From positions 62,001 to 126,000 of the IMG/VR virus record IMGVR_UViG_3300042540_001399: a stretch of DNA of 64,000 nucleotides; one strand, written 5' to 3'. Of this stretch, positions 1 to 9,723 are shown one piece after another. Position 1 is the stretch's first letter. Every line of letters begins with the position of its first letter. The notes under the pieces are model-generated. The model was not told the DNA's origin and made no database searches. It saw only the letters and a list, made by a program, of their open reading frames with translations. The translations under genes and the position numbers were made by a program.

Positions 1-3000
1 CCTGGCCACGTACCTACAGGTAGTTTTTTCGATAGGGATGAGGTAATTTTAGAAAAATCTATAATAGAAGTTTACGATAAGTATTATAAATATACTGTAA
101 CTACAAACGAAAGTGGTGACTTCATGATTTTTGGAGTACCAACAGGGCAACAAACATTGGTTTTAAATCTTGACTTGTCCAATATCGGTTGTTTTTCTTT
201 GACACCCCAAGACTTGATAGATAGTGGTTTTGCAGTTGAAAGCCAATTTAATGGATCACAATTTAAATCTTCAAACAATTTAAATGAATTACCACAAATT
301 ATTACTTTAGTTAAGCAAGTCAATGTTGAACCCCTTTGGGGTGAACCTGATATTTGTTTTATTGGTATCACAAGACAAGATTTTGATCTTTCACAAGAAA
401 TCAATTTAACAATCAAACCAAGTGCTGTATTCATGGGGTCAATAGCGTCAACCCAAGATGATCAGGCACTTAAAACTACCTGTAGAGTACCAAGTGCTGC
501 CGGTAGTTTTTGTTCATTAAAGGCAGGACAAGGAAGAATATCCGCAGTCAGACAAACTATTGCTGTTGATGGTAATGGTTATCCTATTTTGGAAGAATAT
601 CAAATTGAACAAGGGGGTAAAGTTATAGACGGGGACGGAACTTATCTTTTAAAAGTACCTATGAATTTGGATTACATAACTACTGATGAATTTGGTAATC
701 AAGTTATATCATTAGACCCAACAGTTGGTATACCTACTAAAGGAAAATATAGATTTAAAATTAGTTGGCAAAATGATGGAGGAGCTCAAAGCGATGTCTT
801 AAGAGCTAATTTTTTAGTTCCGAACATCAAAGAATATGGTTGGGCATCAACAACACCTAATGCAGACCCAACTTTGGGTGTACCTTTGAATTACTCTGTA
901 TCAATACCGGGTACAACGACAAGTCAACCATCCGCATTAGTTTTACCAGCACAAACAGGGGGACTTATTCTTCAATCTTTTGTTAATACAGGTGACGTAT
1001 CGGTAACAATAAACGGTGTTCCTTACACAGGTAGTTTAACATCAATTCCTATAAACTCACCAGGTTCAGTGATAGGGATAAATTCTACTGCGGTTGACAC
1101 AACCCAAACACAAGATTTCCAATTCACGTTTTATGATCAGGCAACTTATGACTCTTTAAGGTCTTATGCTTTTAGTTTGGATTGGGACGATTATGGTGAT
1201 TCGTCTATGATTCAAGAAGCAATTAATTGTGAAGACAGATTTTATGAATTTAACTATAATAAAGTTTACACAACGGCCATGTTCTTGGATAGATACAAAA
1301 ATGGTATTTGGAAAGCAAGACATTTAGGTATTAAAGAAATTGACGACAGAGAATGTATATCAACAAGCAATCCATTTCCAGTCAATGATGCAGTACAAAA
1401 GTTTGATTTTATTTATTTTTTGGGGATGTTGTTGTTAAACATACTCACATTTCCAATACTTGTTCTACTTTTTGTCGCTCACTTTGTAGCTTGGATATGG
1501 CCTGTTATTAAGTGGGTTTTAGTTATTCTGTGTATATATTTTCTCTATATCCAAGTTCGTGAAACTATAGACGCAATAAATTCAGCACTTGAAACTGCCG
1601 CTGCGGCAATTCCTGGTGGACCAATAGTGAATATAGGTGCAATTCTTAGAGCTGCTTGGCAAATATTACAGGCCGTTTTTAAGTTAGCGTTGTATTTGGT
1701 TTTCTTTGCGTTTGTAATAGTATTCATAATAAGATTGAAAGGATTTCCAAGAATCGGATTACCAATGATATCTTATCCAGAATGTAACGCTTGTGATTGT
1801 GCGTGTAATAACGCCGAACTTGATGATGATTTTGATATCAGTTCCGTCACTCAACAAATAAATAATGAATACAACAATCAACAAACACAAGCCGGTAGTC
1901 CCGCTCAAACAACAACAGATAATACTTTTTTAGCCCCGTTGAGTTCACCAGCAACCTATTCCTTGGCTGAACACCCAAACTACCTTCAGAACGACCCTAA
2001 CGATGATATTGATCAAAATAATAAAGGTAAATTTTATTGTGGTGGTAGTTTACAATATAAGTCTTTAATCAACAGAGTCACAGCTCAAGAAATAACATCT
2101 GATGTTTTGTCACAAGCTCTTTTAGATTATCAAAGAATATTTTCAGGTTATGACCTAATAGATTCAACAAACAAATATAAATTACATGCACCACAACCAT
2201 TCTTGTTTGCTGCCGATAAAACCGCTGGACCTGATGAAAGATGGTTTGCTTATCCAACACAAGAAACGTATCCACAAAAATTGAATGAATTTAATACAAG
2301 GGACAAGTATTTTTATAGCAACACTTCTAATACACCAAATAGTGGTGTTAACAAAATAAAAACAACAGTAAACCCTTCTTTACCCTTACCAAGCCAACCA
2401 TTTGAAGATCAAGTTCTTGTTGTTGTTGCTAAAGCCGGCATGATTCAACAACTTGGAATAGGTGAAATAATATCGTTCCAAGACCCAACATTATCCAACG
2501 GATGGATCAATTTGACAGGGGCAACACAAAACCAATTTAATAATACGGCAATTACAGGTACTACTTCGACAGGAAATACAACAACACCTATTGTAAAAAC
2601 AATTTCATATGCGGACCCGTCACAAAACGGATCGGTTTCATTATCGAGTACAATTTACCTATTGAATACGGGCCAAACAGAATCTTATCTTCAATATCCT
2701 AATGATATAGAATACTTCCAAGTTATAACAGGATTTACTTATAATAGTTTTACGTCAAATCCTAATTTTAGTATTGCTGACTTACAAAAATTTCCTAAAA
2801 AATACTTATTTCATGAAATAGGATATGTGTATGAAGACGAATGTAATCCAAATACAAATAATTTCCCAATAATCAAAAATTCAGGTAGAGCGATTGATAA
2901 CATCGCAACATCATCACGAAATTCATATGAAATTATAATCCTAACAAGGGGTGTTGATCCTCATACCCCAAAACAAGAAATTGAGTATGATTTATCGATT

Positions 3001-5124
3001 ATATTCGGTAATGCATCTTATGGTGTAGGACCAATAGTTACGGGACAATATTATTTGAACTACCCAATTCAAGCGGTCCCAACACAAGTTAAACCTGTAT
3101 CACATGATACATTAGATAATACAACTGTTAATTTATACTTCCCGTCATTTACATTTAATTTAACACCTGGACAGTATACACCATTCACATCTACGTTACC
3201 ATACTATTATTTATCAACTGATGACAATTCAGGATCATACACTCCTGACCCCGTCTTTCAAACTGTTTCTGTCATATCTTCCGTACCATATAACTTATTC
3301 ACTACAGCACCATACAATTATGTAATACCTAAATATGTACAAGACTATTTTGTTGGTGGTACTTTTATTGGATCCCAAAGTACCTCAGGACCATCATCAC
3401 CAATTTATATATTCAAAACTACAGTGGGACAAAATAGTGATTATGGTACTTCACCAAGTGGATACAACGGATTATACTCAAGAGCATATTATAGATACTT
3501 GGCGGGTTCTGTAAACTTTTTAGATGAAACTAATTTGGTGATGAGAAGCGATAGATTACCAACATCTTCTAGAACTGAAGAAGGTAACTCAAGTGAAACA
3601 TCATATGCACTTCACCAAAATAGTAACTTCTACTTTTACAAAGGTGGTGGAGTACAAAATAACCCAAGTGTTTCGGCACCAGGAACACCTCCAACAGGAA
3701 TTTATGCAGATTCAACACCATTAGTTACAGGATTGACTCAAACACTAACATGTGAAGGTATGGTTGCTCTAAAATGTTATTCAGGAACCGGTACAGGTAT
3801 AACTGTAAACACCAATTGTGACATACCGGCCAACCGCGTTGTTAATGGATGTTATTGTCTACTTAATAAAAAATACATAAGCCAATATGATGAAGATGTT
3901 AAGTTATTTTTAGAATGGAAAGTTAGATATCTAATTATGTTAGCGGCATGTAGAGGGGTTTTTGGAAGAGTATTTCAAAACAATTGGATTAATGGTTTTC
4001 TATATATGCCTTCATTTAGTAAAACATCTACCTACGGACCTGGTACAATAACAAACCCAACTTACAATTATTGTAAAGACACGATTGTTTATGAAGATGC
4101 TCAAAATAGTTTTTATTATAGATCATCACCATGGGATAGATTTATAAACCAATTTATAGGTAAACCGGCACCAACACCTCCAAACAACATATTATCTGCT
4201 TTTGTTAGTAATCCAGGATATAACACAAAACAACTTCAAAGTCCTACTACAATTGTCGACTTAGGACCAAGAGATGAATTTATAAATCAAGTATGTAATA
4301 ACGAAAATTTAGAAGGTTATTATGCTAATCAACTAAAATCAACTTCATATAGTGACGATTCTGATATTATGCAAATGGGATTCATTTCTAGATTACTCAA
4401 TCAAACTATAATACAACAAATGTTCCCTATTGCAACAAACGGAAATCAAGGAGAAGGTATTGGAATAATTCAGTTTTTCAATAGTAATCGTGGTGGGGGA
4501 AGAATTGATGGAGATTTTGCACAAGCACTATCAACAAACAGTGAATTCAAAGTTACGCCTTATTTGAATGAAAATTACCCGAACAATTATCTTTTCATAG
4601 GTGATGACGCACAGTCACCATCGAAACCTTTGTTTGGTATTTTCTTTCAGGCAAATAATAATGAAACAATATATAGAAAACAGCTATCACCTGGTGTACA
4701 AACTTACAACTTGTCACCATTTGTTGGTTATACATATGGATACCCAACAACACAAGAAGTACCTTTTTACAAGTGGCAAATAACAAACCCAACTACTTTT
4801 ATTTTTGGAACTGAAAATAACAATTGGTATACGGCACCTTTTACAACTACAGGTGGTTTTTATAAAAACAAATATCAATCTTTAGACTTCCAAACATCAG
4901 ATTATTTTAAAACAACAACGACACAAGAAGGTCATATTACCAACTTTACCCCAGGACCTAACCCAACAATCGCTAACGTCACATATGGTGCACCAAACAC
5001 ACCTGGTGTTGACCCTGTTTTAGTTGGGGCACCCTTCCATTTTTATTTCGGGTTAAGTAATGGTTACACGGCACTTGACAGATTTATTAAACTTTATGTA
5101 AACAACAAAAATACTAATGGGTAA
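1..5124 (+). CDS. Very large virion structural protein (baseplate/hub-like) with internal hydrophobic segments; 5'-truncated by window edge
   Basis: Frame 1 is open from base 1 (PGHVPTGSFFDRDEVILEK...) into the Met at 124, so the true start lies upstream. Over 1700 aa, rich in N/T/G/Y. Hydrophobic stretch at about nt 1405-1740. Heads a co-oriented, overlapping cluster of structural-type genes. Confidence 0.6.
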   Translation, partial: PGHVPTGSFFDRDEVILEKSIIEVYDKYYKYTVTTNESGDFMIFGVPTGQQTLVLNLDLSNIGCFSLTPQDLIDSGFAVESQFNGSQFKSSNNLNELPQIITLVKQVNVEPLWGEPDICFIGITRQDFDLSQEINLTIKPSAVFMGSIASTQDDQALKTTCRVPSAAGSFCSLKAGQGRISAVRQTIAVDGNGYPILEEYQIEQGGKVIDGDGTYLLKVPMNLDYITTDEFGNQVISLDPTVGIPTKGKYRFKISWQNDGGAQSDVLRANFLVPNIKEYGWASTTPNADPTLGVPLNYSVSIPGTTTSQPSALVLPAQTGGLILQSFVNTGDVSVTINGVPYTGSLTSIPINSPGSVIGINSTAVDTTQTQDFQFTFYDQATYDSLRSYAFSLDWDDYGDSSMIQEAINCEDRFYEFNYNKVYTTAMFLDRYKNGIWKARHLGIKEIDDRECISTSNPFPVNDAVQKFDFIYFLGMLLLNILTFPILVLLFVAHFVAWIWPVIKWVLVILCIYFLYIQVRETIDAINSALETAAAAIPGGPIVNIGAILRAAWQILQAVFKLALYLVFFAFVIVFIIRLKGFPRIGLPMISYPECNACDCACNNAELDDDFDISSVTQQINNEYNNQQTQAGSPAQTTTDNTFLAPLSSPATYSLAEHPNYLQNDPNDDIDQNNKGKFYCGGSLQYKSLINRVTAQEITSDVLSQALLDYQRIFSGYDLIDSTNKYKLHAPQPFLFAADKTAGPDERWFAYPTQETYPQKLNEFNTRDKYFYSNTSNTPNSGVNKIKTTVNPSLPLPSQPFEDQVLVVVAKAGMIQQLGIGEIISFQDPTLSNGWINLTGATQNQFNNTAITGTTSTGNTTTPIVKTISYADPSQNGSVSLSSTIYLLNTGQTESYLQYPNDIEYFQVITGFTYNSFTSNPNFSIADLQKFPKKYLFHEIGYVYEDECNPNTNNFPIIKNSGRAIDNIATSSRNSYEIIILTRGVDPHTPKQEIEYDLSIIFGNASYGVGPIVTGQYYLNYPIQAVPTQVKPVSHDTLDNTTVNLYFPSFTFNLTPGQYTPFTSTLPYYYLSTDDNSGSYTPDPVFQTVSVISSVPYNLFTTAPYNYVIPKYVQDYFVGGTFIGSQSTSGPSSPIYIFKTTVGQNSDYGTSPSGYNGLYSRAYYRYLAGSVNFLDETNLVMRSDRLPTSSRTEEGNSSETSYALHQNSNFYFYKGGGVQNNPSVSAPGTPPTGIYADSTPLVTGLTQTLTCEGMVALKCYSGTGTGITVNTNCDIPANRVVNGCYCLLNKKYISQYDEDVKLFLEWKVRYLIMLAACRGVFGRVFQNNWINGFLYMPSFSKTSTYGPGTITNPTYNYCKDTIVYEDAQNSFYYRSSPWDRFINQFIGKPAPTPPNNILSAFVSNPGYNTKQLQSPTTIVDLGPRDEFINQVCNNENLEGYYANQLKSTSYSDDSDIMQMGFISRLLNQTIIQQMFPIATNGNQGEGIGIIQFFNSNRGGGRIDGDFAQALSTNSEFKVTPYLNENYPNNYLFIGDDAQSPSKPLFGIFFQANNNETIYRKQLSPGVQTYNLSPFVGYTYGYPTTQEVPFYKWQITNPTTFIFGTENNNWYTAPFTTTGGFYKNKYQSLDFQTSDYFKTTTTQEGHITNFTPGPNPTIANVTYGAPNTPGVDPVLVGAPFHFYFGLSNGYTALDRFIKLYVNNKNTNG

Positions 5125-6865
5125 TAATGAAAACATACAAATATTGTTAGGTTCTAAAAAAAACAAAGTATCATCTGATGTTGATATGGCGATAAGGGTT
5201 CCTTTGAATCAAACATTTAAACAACAAGTTGAGTACGATAGAACGGAAGAAATTGACTTGGCACAGTTATATCAAAAAGAAAGACAAGAATCAACAATTT
5301 TTAGACCAACCACTAAAATTGTTTTTCTTTTCAATAACAGTTATAGTGGTAGTACTTCATATGTACCTTTCAGGGATAATTTATATTACACTAATTCAGT
5401 TGCAAACGCGATCACATCAAGTGGTAACCCAAACGCACCTTGGGATGGATTTCCACAGTATACAGAATTTGACTTCATAAGAACAGACAACAATATTAAT
5501 GGTTATACTACAGGACCAAATAGTCATATTAGTTTCATAAATAAAAGTGCCACTTCATATAATTGGATGTATTATTTAACTTATCCACATTTAAATGTTG
5601 ATAGACAATTATATGCCGACGATCAAAACACATCCAACACTTGGACATGGCAAGCATTTGATGGTATACCATTTATAATTGAAAACAATTCACTTTATGG
5701 AAATGATGTAATTTCTTTCAGATGTCCTATGAAACATGGGTTATCTGTTGGTGAATATGTAAAACTCAATTTCAACTATAACGGTGTTGATACTTTTCAA
5801 GTAACATCACTTGGTAATCAGAACTTTGGGTCTGGTGAATTTATTTTTAACATTCAAAATATAGGTTATTTACCACCAACATTTAACAACGGTACAACAG
5901 GTACTTTTAAAAGAGTTATAAATAATACAAACGAAATTGACACAACTTCGAATTATTATGTTAGAGTACATAAAATATTAACATCAATTAATGATTCTGT
6001 ATTAGTCAACGCTGGCTTCGAAAAAAATGTTTTTGGTAAAGTTACAAAATATGAAAAGGCAGTATTAACCCCAAATAATTTGAATAGATCTTCAATCAAA
6101 CAAGGTAATGATACTTACAATTTATTATTCAATAATGACATCAATATAGAAGGATTAAGAGATAATCTTAATAGACCAATTAGCGAATTGTTTTTTAGTT
6201 TTATTTGGAAAGGTTATTTTGGTTGGACTTTAGGACCAAACACTAACCTGAAAGAAGGTTATGAGTTTAATCTACCTTTGGAAAATAACCAACCAAGTGT
6301 TTGGTGGGATCAAACAAATACGTTATCTAATACTAATTTACCAATAAACACTTACGTTTCTAATGGTAACACGTTTTACTATGTTGAAAATTTGAACTTA
6401 GGTGATAACATTAATGGGGATTTTTGTGAATTCAACCCATATGATCAAACAGAAAGAGTAATTTCTGATGTATACCAAAAACTAATATTCAATAACAACT
6501 ATTTCAGTGCACCAACACTTTTAGCGCCAAATAACCCATTAGGATATTACTATAAAGTACATCACCCAATGACAATAAAGGTATTTTCAACATCGATAAA
6601 TGATGAAGGATATCAAAATATTAATTTAGTTCCTGATTACGCATACTTTTCAACCACAAGTCAAACTTTCAGATGGAGAGATATTTACCCATATGGGTAT
6701 AAAGACAGTGAAGGTTTCGGTGTTGACTATCCTTTTTTGAATGGAAGTCACTACCCCTACGACCAAATTATATTTAGGTTAGTTGGGGATGGAAGTAACG
6801 TTGACGGAACTCTATTAAATAATCAAAATGTAATTGCAGAACCTACTATAGATGATTGTGAATAA
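5117..6865 (+). CDS. Putative virion structural protein (582 aa)
   Basis: Long ORF overlapping both neighbours. Asn/Thr/aromatic-rich beta-type composition. Structural cluster context. Confidence 0.55.
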   Translation: MGNNENIQILLGSKKNKVSSDVDMAIRVPLNQTFKQQVEYDRTEEIDLAQLYQKERQESTIFRPTTKIVFLFNNSYSGSTSYVPFRDNLYYTNSVANAITSSGNPNAPWDGFPQYTEFDFIRTDNNINGYTTGPNSHISFINKSATSYNWMYYLTYPHLNVDRQLYADDQNTSNTWTWQAFDGIPFIIENNSLYGNDVISFRCPMKHGLSVGEYVKLNFNYNGVDTFQVTSLGNQNFGSGEFIFNIQNIGYLPPTFNNGTTGTFKRVINNTNEIDTTSNYYVRVHKILTSINDSVLVNAGFEKNVFGKVTKYEKAVLTPNNLNRSSIKQGNDTYNLLFNNDINIEGLRDNLNRPISELFFSFIWKGYFGWTLGPNTNLKEGYEFNLPLENNQPSVWWDQTNTLSNTNLPINTYVSNGNTFYYVENLNLGDNINGDFCEFNPYDQTERVISDVYQKLIFNNNYFSAPTLLAPNNPLGYYYKVHHPMTIKVFSTSINDEGYQNINLVPDYAYFSTTSQTFRWRDIYPYGYKDSEGFGVDYPFLNGSHYPYDQIIFRLVGDGSNVDGTLLNNQNVIAEPTIDDCE

Positions 6866-7634
6866 TTATAAAATATTGAATAAACCTACTGATAAGTTCA
6901 TTAACATTCCTGTTGAAGTAAAATGGGATTTACAGGGTAGTGATGATGCAATTGATGAATTTGTAGCCGAAACAATTGATGAAGTGATTGGAAAGGAAAA
7001 TGATTTTGAAGTTGCAAGATTTTCACATAAAAAACATGATAGTAGTGATAGAACCGACATAAATTATGATTTTGGATTTTTTGACCAAAACTTAAATATT
7101 TGGAATTCGTCTTATCTTACTGAAGGTTTTACTGTGAATGAAGTTTATTATTATACAAAACCTTTTACCAAAAGCTTCTTTAAGTTGGACTTGTATGATA
7201 CAAAGGATTCTGCGACACAAAAAAATTATCTAACAATAATACTTCCTGTGCAACAGGGAAAATTAGAAACAAATGTGGTTTTGAGTCCATCAATACCTAA
7301 TGTAGATATCAAGAAACCTGAATACCTTTTGGACTTTATAGGTGATAAAGAAGGTTTTTTTATTTATTGGCTCAGAAGTAGGGATTTTATAAACATAGAC
7401 ACCTTTTATATGAGTGCTAAATTCTTCAATGGAAGAACAGGTAGTTATGTTGTAATGACAAATACTCAACAGAACAATATTTTACCAAACCAATTCAATT
7501 TTGATCCTGCGGAATATTTGTATTATGAGGTAAAATTGGACTATAATGATTTTACATATGTAATTAATGATAACAACGGTAATAGGGTTGGTACAACTAC
7601 ACCGATAAACTGGTTTGAATATATTAACCCATAA
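6852..7634 (+). CDS. Putative virion structural protein (260 aa)
   Basis: Overlaps both neighbours in the structural operon. No recognisable catalytic motif. Confidence 0.5.
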   Translation: MIVNNYKILNKPTDKFINIPVEVKWDLQGSDDAIDEFVAETIDEVIGKENDFEVARFSHKKHDSSDRTDINYDFGFFDQNLNIWNSSYLTEGFTVNEVYYYTKPFTKSFFKLDLYDTKDSATQKNYLTIILPVQQGKLETNVVLSPSIPNVDIKKPEYLLDFIGDKEGFFIYWLRSRDFINIDTFYMSAKFFNGRTGSYVVMTNTQQNNILPNQFNFDPAEYLYYEVKLDYNDFTYVINDNNGNRVGTTTPINWFEYINP

Positions 7635-8779
7635 TGGAAGAACAAAGATATTACATACAAATTGGTTTAGAAGATATTAAAAATAAAATATTTCCTGTTA
7701 ATTGGACGGGTGATTGTGAAGAAATTATTGTCGAAGATCCTTGTTGCCCAATATCAGGAATAACTTATGTAAATTGTGAAACTGGAACAACTTACGTTTA
7801 TTCATCTATGACTCAACTATTGTCGGGTGGAACTAACGGTGATTCACTATTGACAGGTTTAACTATACCAATTATGTTAACACAAAGTACCTACGATATG
7901 GGTTGGTACTCAGTTTTTGATGGTATGGTTTACCAAAAAGAAACTCTCAATAATTTTATTTTTTCTTCTGACACTATAAATCCATATACATTTTATGTGT
8001 ACAACACTTCTAACAATGTCTTACAATCAACATTTGAAGTAGATTGGGGGGATGGATCTCCTATAGTACCTATAAATATTTTTGCTCCATCATCCTTAAA
8101 TCATACTTATCCGGCATCAAACGGTACATATACAATTACAATAAAAGGGACTACACCGTGGGGAATAACCGAAGTTTCTAAAACTATTAATGTACCATAC
8201 CAAAATATTGTCCCACTTAACCCAAATGGTACAGTAGTTTTTTACCAACAAGGCGGGAATTGGGCAAACATACCAATAAGTTATGATTTTTTATTTAGTG
8301 GTGATTCGAATACTAATATCAATGCCTACATAAGCTCAAGTTATGTTGGGGTTCCTTTTTTGGTCACAGGGACTACAAACTCTACATTAAACGATTTGGA
8401 ACAGTATGGGCCAATACCTTATCCTGTTGGTGTGCAAGTTACTGGCGACACTGGTGTTGTGGGTACATATTGGGGATCAATACCAAATGGATCTTATTCT
8501 GCGTACACAATTAATGGTGTTGACTATTGGGACTTGAGTGGTGGAACTACATTATATTTTGTTCAGTCTTCAGGTTTGACACAAAACGACTTAGTTTTAT
8601 CAGGATTGACTAAAGAAGAAGCATTGATTGGAGTTGCGTATGAACCAGAAATAAGATCAGATCTATTTGTTGAACGAGGTAAAAATTCTGCATTGGAATC
8701 AATAGAAAGATTAGGTGAAGTTGATAATATGGGTGATCTTGAAAAATATGGTTATGGATTTTTTAATGTAGAAACTTAA
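7634..8779 (+). CDS. Putative structural protein with PKD-like domain (381 aa)
   Basis: EVDWGDGS...LNHTYPASNGTYTITIKG matches the PKD W-x-(F/W)-GDG...HTY...G-Y-x-I pattern. Confidence 0.55.
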   Translation: MEEQRYYIQIGLEDIKNKIFPVNWTGDCEEIIVEDPCCPISGITYVNCETGTTYVYSSMTQLLSGGTNGDSLLTGLTIPIMLTQSTYDMGWYSVFDGMVYQKETLNNFIFSSDTINPYTFYVYNTSNNVLQSTFEVDWGDGSPIVPINIFAPSSLNHTYPASNGTYTITIKGTTPWGITEVSKTINVPYQNIVPLNPNGTVVFYQQGGNWANIPISYDFLFSGDSNTNINAYISSSYVGVPFLVTGTTNSTLNDLEQYGPIPYPVGVQVTGDTGVVGTYWGSIPNGSYSAYTINGVDYWDLSGGTTLYFVQSSGLTQNDLVLSGLTKEEALIGVAYEPEIRSDLFVERGKNSALESIERLGEVDNMGDLEKYGYGFFNVET

Positions 8780-8786
8780 ATAATAA

Positions 8787-8793
8787 TATTTAT
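8787..8793 (+). promoter_or_regulatory. TATTTAT motif, representative of a candidate late promoter class (about 15 copies listed in findings)
   Basis: Recurs in short intergenic gaps upstream of structural or putative late genes. The AT-rich background lowers certainty. Confidence 0.5.
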
Positions 8794-8814
8794 AAAATAA
8801 CAAACTAAAATTAT

Positions 8815-9723
8815 ATGGCAACAGGTACATATGGAACTATAAGACCGGCGGATGTAAGTCCTACTGATGTAGACATAATATTGAATTATACACCATCACG
8901 AGATGTTACAAATGATTTCCAATTAACTAAACTTAATTCATCTGCGGTTTTAACACCATACTTTAACAATGCGAATACTGGTGGAAATGCTGGTATAGAA
9001 ATATTAGGTGGTTTATATAATTTAAGACTACCGGCAAATGTTTTCAATCAACTTGGAATTTACACTTTATATATTAGACCGGCCGAAATTAGAACTAAAA
9101 TAACTGATTGTGGTATTTTAGCCGCACTTCCAAACATAAAAGGTCTTGTTATAGACATAAGTAATGTACCTGTTGCTTTCAGGGACAAATTTGTCAATCA
9201 AGGATTAATTGGATATAGGGTCGAATATCTTCAATCTAATGGTGCTAAAATTCCTAATTTTTTTAGAATTATAACTTCATCATTTTATTGTGAACCTGTT
9301 GTACAAAATACAACAAATACATCAACAAGTACTGTAAGATATCAATATGTCAATGGTGTTACAAATTTAATTTTTTGTACCTTGTCACCATCATCGTCCC
9401 CATCAAATAAACCAAACGCAACACCATTTATTGGGCAACCCGATCAAGACATTATTATAAGTAATACTTTTTTCAATCCTATTACTATGGAAATTGAAAT
9501 GGTTGAACATGATATTTCTACTTTAGCAATTGCATTGTTTGGTAATCAGACTAAGTCTCTTAATGACGGTATCTACACACTTTACGATTCACAAAATAAC
9601 ATTTACAAACAGTACAATTTATTTGAAATTAGAGATCAATACAATGAGTTGTTATATGAAGTTAGACAAGATAGAAATAATAACATTGATTTTAGTAAAA
9701 ACTTTGCAAACATAACACAATAA
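8815..9723 (+). CDS. Putative baseplate/structural protein (302 aa)
   Basis: Own TATTTAT motif. Stop overlaps the start of the baseplate-wedge-like gene. Confidence 0.5.
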   Translation: MATGTYGTIRPADVSPTDVDIILNYTPSRDVTNDFQLTKLNSSAVLTPYFNNANTGGNAGIEILGGLYNLRLPANVFNQLGIYTLYIRPAEIRTKITDCGILAALPNIKGLVIDISNVPVAFRDKFVNQGLIGYRVEYLQSNGAKIPNFFRIITSSFYCEPVVQNTTNTSTSTVRYQYVNGVTNLIFCTLSPSSSPSNKPNATPFIGQPDQDIIISNTFFNPITMEIEMVEHDISTLAIALFGNQTKSLNDGIYTLYDSQNNIYKQYNLFEIRDQYNELLYEVRQDRNNNIDFSKNFANITQ

